Shown here: in pieces, positions 58,301 to 64,000 of the stretch
Numbering within the stretch: position 1 is the first letter of the stretch
Layout: each line of letters begins with the position of its first letter
Virus record (IMG/VR): IMGVR_UViG_3300021962_000047
Location: 41,972-105,971 of that record
DNA length: 64,000 nucleotides
From: a virus
Strand: one strand, 5' to 3'
The notes under the pieces: model-generated
The model's input: only the letters and a program-made list of their open reading frames with translations
The model's database searches: none
What the model was told of the DNA's origin: nothing
Position numbers and translations under genes: made by a program

Positions 58301-59593
58301 TTATGAAAGGTCTATACCGAGTCCACCCAAAAAGTTTCTGAAATCATCATCGTCGTCGTCTTCTTCATCATCTTCAGAACCTAACGCATCTTCTAAGTCA
58401 TAACGCTTAAGTTCATCGATAATTTCATCAACCATTTTCTTAACGATTTTCTTTCCTGTGTCACTACCTGATAAAATTTCTCTTGCTACCTCAAAAAATT
58501 CTTCTGTTGATAGTGATGAAAAACGAGAGAATAAATAATTCTGAATCTCTCTCATATCATCTTCAAATAATTCATCAGGATATGATTGTAAAAACTTTTC
58601 CCAAATTACGGGACCCATACGTAAATCCCATATCTCATATGGCATTGTGTCTTGAGACTGCATCACCATTTCAGCAGCTCTTGGGTCATCAGGTAAACCT
58701 TGTGTACCCAAAACCTCATAAACACCTTTCAAAAGTTCATGAATAAGAATTGGGAAGAATAAACCTTTTGCCTTAATTGTTGGTGGGTCAGTAGTTTCAT
58801 CTACTTCTTCAGTTCCCTCTACCCCTTGTCCTGATGCTGCCATCATTTGTGTGGCTTCATCTGGCATAATCCAATAAACCAAATCGTTGATTGACATAAT
58901 CACACCATAAAGGTTCAACAATCTTGGATTAATACGATTTAACTCATCTTCAACTAAAGAGAACATATAATGTCCTTTTTTAGATGCTCCTTGGATTAAT
59001 GAGTTAATAAATCTACGCTTAGCTTTTTCCATATCAAACTTTTCAAAAGCTTTCATAAAATCTTCTAAGTCATCTTCAGCTTCTTCAGATGATACACCAA
59101 ATTGTTGTAACACCTCTTCTTCTTCAGGTTCTTGAGATTGCTTTTGTAGTTTGCTTCTATCAATTTGATTCATACCTGTGGTCAACTCAACGTCGAATTG
59201 AAATGCTTCATCTGGTAAAGACATTTCTTTCTTAACTAAATCTACGGCTAAGTTTTCAAGATATTCTTTGTTATCGTTTTCGATAGTTTTAACTTCTTGT
59301 ACTGCCTGCATCAACATCATTTGAAGTTGCATAAACGCACTTTGTGTTGAAACTGTTTGTAGACCTGTATATCTTTTTACCTTATCTACTACGTCTTTAA
59401 ATCTTTTAGACGCAACCAATTCTTCAAATGTTGAGATAACACCATCACCGTCAATGTCAATATCCAATGCAGGATTGTCAGACAAAGGAGTTTCTCTGTC
59501 CTCAATCTTCTTTTGAATATCCGGCGCCATTCTTTCAGGACGGTCACCATAGTCAATAGGTGCTTCCTTAATTGTTATCTTCTGCCTTTTCAT
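58301..59593 (-). CDS. Hypothetical protein with EF-hand-like loop
   Basis: 430-aa ORF upstream of terminase; DIDGDGVISTFE. Confidence 0.7.
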   Translation of the reverse strand: MKRQKITIKEAPIDYGDRPERMAPDIQKKIEDRETPLSDNPALDIDIDGDGVISTFEELVASKRFKDVVDKVKRYTGLQTVSTQSAFMQLQMMLMQAVQEVKTIENDNKEYLENLAVDLVKKEMSLPDEAFQFDVELTTGMNQIDRSKLQKQSQEPEEEEVLQQFGVSSEEAEDDLEDFMKAFEKFDMEKAKRRFINSLIQGASKKGHYMFSLVEDELNRINPRLLNLYGVIMSINDLVYWIMPDEATQMMAASGQGVEGTEEVDETTDPPTIKAKGLFFPILIHELLKGVYEVLGTQGLPDDPRAAEMVMQSQDTMPYEIWDLRMGPVIWEKFLQSYPDELFEDDMREIQNYLFSRFSSLSTEEFFEVAREILSGSDTGKKIVKKMVDEIIDELKRYDLEDALGSEDDEEDDDDDDFRNFLGGLGIDLS

Positions 59594-60257
59594 CTCTAAA
59601 TTGTATATTAAGGTTATTAAAATTTAAAAAACTTGGTAATTCTACCGAACTACGATTTTTTTCTTTTTCAGCCTTTGGGGCTGGCTTGTGTTTTGGTTTG
59701 TAAGGAGTTTTTCTGTCAGGTTTTGAAGGTGTCTTCACTGGAGTTTTTGTAGGAGCCTCCTTGGTTCCCTGTTCAACTAAACCAATTAAATCTTTCTTTG
59801 TCATAGTATTCGGAATGTGTTTACGAATCAAATTTACTAAAGATTCTTCAATTTGTCTAATTGTTTTTTCGTTTTCCTTAATTTGAGCATCACTCATCAT
59901 AGGACGGTTGTTATCTGAATCATCATCCATTCCGTCAGGTGCCATATCATCAGCATCATGTGGAGTTTCCTGTCCTGTATTTGCCTGTAGTGCATCTGCA
60001 CCTAATGCATTACTGTCATCAATATTCTCATTTTCAACATCATCTTGTTCAGATGCAATTTTTTTAGCAATACTGTCTACAGTTTTATTTAAACCAACCA
60101 ATTCTTCTTTAGCTTTTTTAGTTGCATCGGATATACTGGTTCCCTGTTCTAAGATAACCTTACCATATAAGGTGTTAATTTGAGATTCGTTTAACATTTT
60201 TAATGTTTCAAATCTAAAACCTTCTTGTAACAATCTAACGACTTTATGATTTTTCAT
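59568..60257 (-). CDS. Hypothetical low-complexity head-associated protein
   Basis: Multiple [LI]xE sites; P/K-rich segment. Confidence 0.65.
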   Translation of the reverse strand: MKNHKVVRLLQEGFRFETLKMLNESQINTLYGKVILEQGTSISDATKKAKEELVGLNKTVDSIAKKIASEQDDVENENIDDSNALGADALQANTGQETPHDADDMAPDGMDDDSDNNRPMMSDAQIKENEKTIRQIEESLVNLIRKHIPNTMTKKDLIGLVEQGTKEAPTKTPVKTPSKPDRKTPYKPKHKPAPKAEKEKNRSSVELPSFLNFNNLNIQFRDEKAEDNN

Positions 60258-60658
60258 GATTCTATTAATGATTTTTCAAATGACAATACTATGTCTCTTT
60301 CATATAATTTATCAGATACTTGTTTTTCATTATCTCCGTAATGAAATACGAGTCTCTTATATCCTTTGTCTGTTATTTCTTCTGTGTCAGCGTCTTCCCA
60401 AGCCAATGCTATAACCCCTTCAACAGAATCATAAACTGAAAAAAAGTCCGAGTTTTGAATTAAATTAAGTTGTACACCCGAATTTTTCAAAACACCTACC
60501 TTCTTTATAAAATTAATTTGGGGTGGAGATGGTTTACCCGAAGCTGGCTCGGAATCCCATTCATCACCCCAAACATTATCTTCGTCTGAGAAGATAAACT
60601 CGTAAATGTTGTCGCCCTTATAGTTAGGTCCTAATTCATTTACATATACAAGGTTCAT
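60254..60658 (-). CDS. Hypothetical protein
   Basis: Operon ORF. Confidence 0.7.
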   Translation of the reverse strand: MNLVYVNELGPNYKGDNIYEFIFSDEDNVWGDEWDSEPASGKPSPPQINFIKKVGVLKNSGVQLNLIQNSDFFSVYDSVEGVIALAWEDADTEEITDKGYKRLVFHYGDNEKQVSDKLYERDIVLSFEKSLIES

Positions 60659-61887
60659 AACAATTCACCTTTAGGAGAAACTTTTATCTGTTGACCTTCG
60701 TTTTCAAAAACAAGATTTCCCTTATTAGTTTTTCCTAAAAATTTGATTGTTTCGTTTTCGCCTAACAAAAAGTCAGCTGTCATTTCTTGCTCGATTGTTT
60801 CAGAAAGAGTTTTGATTTGGTCTTTTACTAATACTCTGTTTTTAACTTCAGAAATATATCTTTTAACCTTTTTTTCTTTTAACTCAGTTTCTTCAGATTC
60901 AGTAATTACAAAATATTTTGATAATACTTTATCTATTTTAGATTCTGAAAAAATCTCATCCATTATTTTACTACCGAATTCTGATTCAGCAGCTTCACCA
61001 GCTGGTACTTCCATATCTAAACCTAAATCAAGTTCGTCACCTCCTAAGTCTAGTTCATCACCAGCATCAACATTCAAATCAGATTCATCATCAACACCGT
61101 AGTCAATACCCTCTTCATCCTCAAAATTAGAAAGGATATCATCATAATCTTCTTCACTAAGTTTTGTTAAATCCACGGCAGATAATATGGAATTAATAAC
61201 ATACTTAATGTTTTCAGATGTAAGACCTTGTGTTTCGTCTAATGTTCTTAATTTTTGACCTAATTTTCCTGTTAACTTTTGAACGTATTTAAATGTAGTT
61301 TCTTCGTCACCTTCAGCAGGTACTTCTGCATCTAAACCTAAATCTAATTCCTCTTCACCACCATCAGCAGGTACTTCAGCATCTAAACCTAAATCTAAGT
61401 TAAAATCTTCACCACCATCGGCAGCAGGTGCTTCAGTATCTAAACCTAAATCTAATTCAGCATCAACTTCAGGAGCCGGTGCCGCATCAACTTCAGGTGA
61501 TGGTTCTGGTTTAGGTGTTTTTAAAACAAATTTCTTTTGTTCTCCAAATAATTCAACACCTTCTTCGTTTTCGAATAAACGGTTAATTTCTTTTGCCTTT
61601 AAATTCAAAGATTTTAAAGCTGCTGAATAAGATTTATAATATTTTCTATTTTGGATTGGCTCAATGTAGTCCAATTCCGATTCGTTTATTGAACTTTTGA
61701 TGATATATCCATTTTTTTCATTAACGATAGAATAATCTTTACCATCAGCTAACGAAATCGAATACTCTACAGTTGATTCTGTGATTTCACTTTTCTCAAC
61801 TTCACCATAACGAGCAATTTCCATGATACGGTTTATCTTATCCATACCTTGTAATTTCTCACTTCCTAGAGGTCTTAAATCTGCCAT
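60655..61887 (-). CDS. Acidic hypothetical protein with LDLGLD repeats (possible prohead core component)
   Basis: Acidic linkers and repeated ELDLGLDAEVPA units. Confidence 0.7.
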   Translation of the reverse strand: MADLRPLGSEKLQGMDKINRIMEIARYGEVEKSEITESTVEYSISLADGKDYSIVNEKNGYIIKSSINESELDYIEPIQNRKYYKSYSAALKSLNLKAKEINRLFENEEGVELFGEQKKFVLKTPKPEPSPEVDAAPAPEVDAELDLGLDTEAPAADGGEDFNLDLGLDAEVPADGGEEELDLGLDAEVPAEGDEETTFKYVQKLTGKLGQKLRTLDETQGLTSENIKYVINSILSAVDLTKLSEEDYDDILSNFEDEEGIDYGVDDESDLNVDAGDELDLGGDELDLGLDMEVPAGEAAESEFGSKIMDEIFSESKIDKVLSKYFVITESEETELKEKKVKRYISEVKNRVLVKDQIKTLSETIEQEMTADFLLGENETIKFLGKTNKGNLVFENEGQQIKVSPKGELL

Positions 61888-61902
61888 TTTATTTTTTTTA
61901 TT

Positions 61903-62067
61903 TTAATTATTTAATCCATTAATACCGCCAAGAGCAACAGCATTTAACTGAACAACTGTATTACCTGATAAATCAGAATATTGAGGATAGGGTGGTATTG
62001 CAGTCTCTCCTTTGCCATTCCATGGTTCAAAGTATTGATAGTATGTGTTTGCACTATAGGTCGCCAT
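61903..62067 (-). CDS. Small hypothetical protein (54 aa)
   Basis: Manual translation: MATYSANTYYQYFEPWNGKGETAIPPYPQYSDLSGNTVVQLNAVALGGINGLNN; late motif at 62084-62090. Confidence 0.65.
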   Translation of the reverse strand: MATYSANTYYQYFEPWNGKGETAIPPYPQYSDLSGNTVVQLNAVALGGINGLNN

Positions 62068-62135
62068 AATAGTTTTTTACTTAATAAATATATTGATTAT
62101 TGTGATTTTTCAAAATTTGACGGATAATTATGCAG

Positions 62136-62888
62136 TTATTCAGAAATTTCTTGTTCTAAAGACAATCTTTTATCCATAAGTTCGTTGGTGAAATCAAATA
62201 ATTTTTGAATATATCCGTTTCTTCTTAAAAATTTAAACACTAAATTTTCATACGAATATTCACCTTCTTTTTCTAATCCAGCTGAACGGTATGTTTTTAA
62301 CTTATCTTTTATTTTCTCAATCTCAACCAACGCATCATCTAACTCATCATCTTCAACATTATCTATTGTTGTATCAATAATGTCCATCCATTGGTCTACT
62401 TTCTGTTTGATTTTATTCTCATCAATAGTAACATCTTCAGGTGATGGTTCGGCAATCCACTTATCATATAGTACCGAATATACTCCAGTAGAAAAATGAG
62501 ATTCTTCAGTATCTTGTACATATAATTCCACATCATATCCCTTAACCGTAATATCGTGTGTAGAATTAAATAAGGTTTTCTTTAATTTAAATAATTCTTG
62601 ATATATCTCTTTAAACTCACCCGCCTCGTCAAAATTATACATAACATGTAAATCAACATCAGAAAATTCTGACCAGTTATAATTTGCCAATGAGCCGGTC
62701 ATAGTTATATCTGAAATAAAAATTTCAATACCTAAAAAATCAATAAATTCATTGGCGATTCGTAATAGAGAGTTTCTAACCTCATCTTGCATTTTGGCTT
62801 TAGATGGATTGTCAGGATTTGTCCATATAGTTGGATTAAGTTCATCCTGAATATTAAAGCTTGATATAATTTTGTTAAAGTTTTCCAT
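62136..62888 (-). CDS. Pol-beta-superfamily nucleotidyltransferase
   Basis: TGSLANYNWSEFSDVDLH (GS...DxD) and third acidic residue in VELYVQD. Confidence 0.8.
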   Translation of the reverse strand: MENFNKIISSFNIQDELNPTIWTNPDNPSKAKMQDEVRNSLLRIANEFIDFLGIEIFISDITMTGSLANYNWSEFSDVDLHVMYNFDEAGEFKEIYQELFKLKKTLFNSTHDITVKGYDVELYVQDTEESHFSTGVYSVLYDKWIAEPSPEDVTIDENKIKQKVDQWMDIIDTTIDNVEDDELDDALVEIEKIKDKLKTYRSAGLEKEGEYSYENLVFKFLRRNGYIQKLFDFTNELMDKRLSLEQEISE

Positions 62889-63018
62889 CTTAAATAAATA
62901 TTACGTATTACAATACCAAACTTCAAGGTCATATGATTGTAGATATAAGTCAAAAAACTTATTATTCGCAGCTTCTTTTAATTGGTTGTCAGTCATTAAA
63001 AACGTTTAGTAATAAATA

Positions 63019-63270
63019 TCACTCTTGCGATACTTTTGAAAAAACGTATTTTTTTGAGATTTCTTTGTTAAAGAATGACCCTTGGGATTCCGCCATTCTA
63101 AATTTTGTATATGCTTGGTGAGGAACACCTTCATATTCGTATTGTGTCCCATTTTTAAAAGTCACCAAAAGTTTTTTAGTTGCAGTATCGTAAATGGAAT
63201 AAATAACATTTGACGATTCAACTTCATTGATGATTTTTGTACCTTCTATTTTTTCACTTTTAATTGACAT
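63019..63270 (-). CDS. KTSC-domain protein
   Basis: SSNV..YD...L.VTFKNG..YEY.GVP...Y..F..AESQGSFFN. Confidence 0.9.
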   Translation of the reverse strand: MSIKSEKIEGTKIINEVESSNVIYSIYDTATKKLLVTFKNGTQYEYEGVPHQAYTKFRMAESQGSFFNKEISKKYVFSKVSQE

Positions 63271-63274
63271 AGTG

Positions 63275-63577
63275 TTAATCTTTTAATGGTGTTTCTAAAT
63301 CTATTTTATATAATTCTTGCATTAAGTAATCAGTAAAATCTTTTTGATTTTCAATTAGACCATACTTTTTTAAATTTACATTAATATGATTTATATAATT
63401 TAAAAGTTTGTCCCTCATACGGTATCCTTCGGGGGATATATTCTCACCCTTTTCAAGGTCACTTTTTTTAACATTATTTTTTTGGAACAATATTCTCATT
63501 TCGTAATATGTTCTGAGTAGATTCTCAAAATCATCTTTCAAAACTGTGTCTAAGAATTTTTTCCAAGGTCTTTCCAT
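63275..63577 (-). CDS. Hypothetical protein
   Basis: ORF with late motif at 63582-63588. Confidence 0.6.
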   Translation of the reverse strand: MERPWKKFLDTVLKDDFENLLRTYYEMRILFQKNNVKKSDLEKGENISPEGYRMRDKLLNYINHINVNLKKYGLIENQKDFTDYLMQELYKIDLETPLKD

Positions 63578-63591
63578 AATAATAAATACAA

Positions 63592-63618
63592 GAAACCCCC
63601 ACTTTTGGTGGGGGCTCT
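63592..63618 (-). terminator. Probable terminator hairpin
   Basis: CCCCCAC-TTTTG-GTGGGGG immediately after the UVR-domain gene. Confidence 0.55.
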
Positions 63619-63620
63619 AA

Positions 63621-64000
63621 TTAACCCTGATACTTTTTTAGTTGTTCTCTGATTTCGATTGCTAGTTCGAAATCTTGTTTTTCGATACAATCTTTGAGTT
63701 TAGCCTCAAGTTCCGCAATTAGGTCCTTATTATCTTCAAGGTCTTTAATCATATCACGAATCTTGATTGCCAGTAGAAAATCCTCGTTTTCGACTGCTCG
63801 GTCTAATTCTTTTTTTAGATTTTCAACATTTGCGGTTTCTTTCTTTTTAGTGTTAAATGGTTTCATACCTTCGGAACCGTAAGTTCTTACAATACTTGTA
63901 ATTTGGTATGAACCATCTTTTGATGTGAAGGTTTCTTTTGTCCAATCACCATTTTCATCAGTTCCTTTTTCTGTTGATGATTTACCAACAATATAACCAC
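63621..64000 (-). CDS. Protein with tandem UVR (UvrB/UvrC) coiled-coil motifs, 5' end outside the window
   Basis: LDRAVENEDFLLAIKIRD and LKDCIEKQDFELAIEIRE; the frame stays open to the window edge. Confidence 0.8.
   Translation of the reverse strand, partial: GYIVGKSSTEKGTDENGDWTKETFTSKDGSYQITSIVRTYGSEGMKPFNTKKKETANVENLKKELDRAVENEDFLLAIKIRDMIKDLEDNKDLIAELEAKLKDCIEKQDFELAIEIREQLKKYQG

Noticed and set aside
1-64000. Stop-codon reassignment, as in some jumbo phages
   Set aside because: Core genes (MCP, portal, terminase, polymerase) are full length in the standard code and coding density is high
1-64000. tRNA or other structured RNA genes
   Set aside because: Intergenic gaps are short and AT-rich; no cloverleaf or T-loop signature recognised by eye

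Overview
This window is a 64-kb segment of a large, AT-rich, T4-like (myovirus-type) jumbo phage genome that reads cleanly in the standard code. It holds the core head module: terminase, portal, prohead protease, scaffold and major capsid protein, with a bS21 ribosomal protein gene on the opposite strand. Tail and neck genes include the sheath, a tail terminator, two neck proteins and a gp5-like spike. Also present are a family-B DNA polymerase, a SNF2 helicase, a gp55-like late sigma factor, dUTPase, PhoH and a truncated class II aaRS-like ligase. The host is probably in Bacteroidota, based on TAnnTTTG promoters, A-rich SD-less leaders, bS21 and a DUF4494-like gene. Four features stand out. 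(1) Three large modular fibre-like proteins with mucin-like Thr/Pro tracts sit next to an ~11-kb cluster of four glycosyltransferases, two sulfotransferases, UDP-glucose dehydrogenase and a GDP-mannose epimerase, suggesting a sulfated virion glycan coat. (2) Multi-domain proteins have domains separated by [ILV]-x-E prohead-protease-type sites (an ~1065-aa polyprotein and a SOD/nuclease-like fusion), suggesting capsid-packaged, protease-released cargo. (3) A TATTTAT late-promoter motif occurs upstream of 19 genes. (4) A hairpin in the DNA polymerase leader resembles an autogenous translational operator. All functional calls come from motif recognition by eye; no database searches were run.
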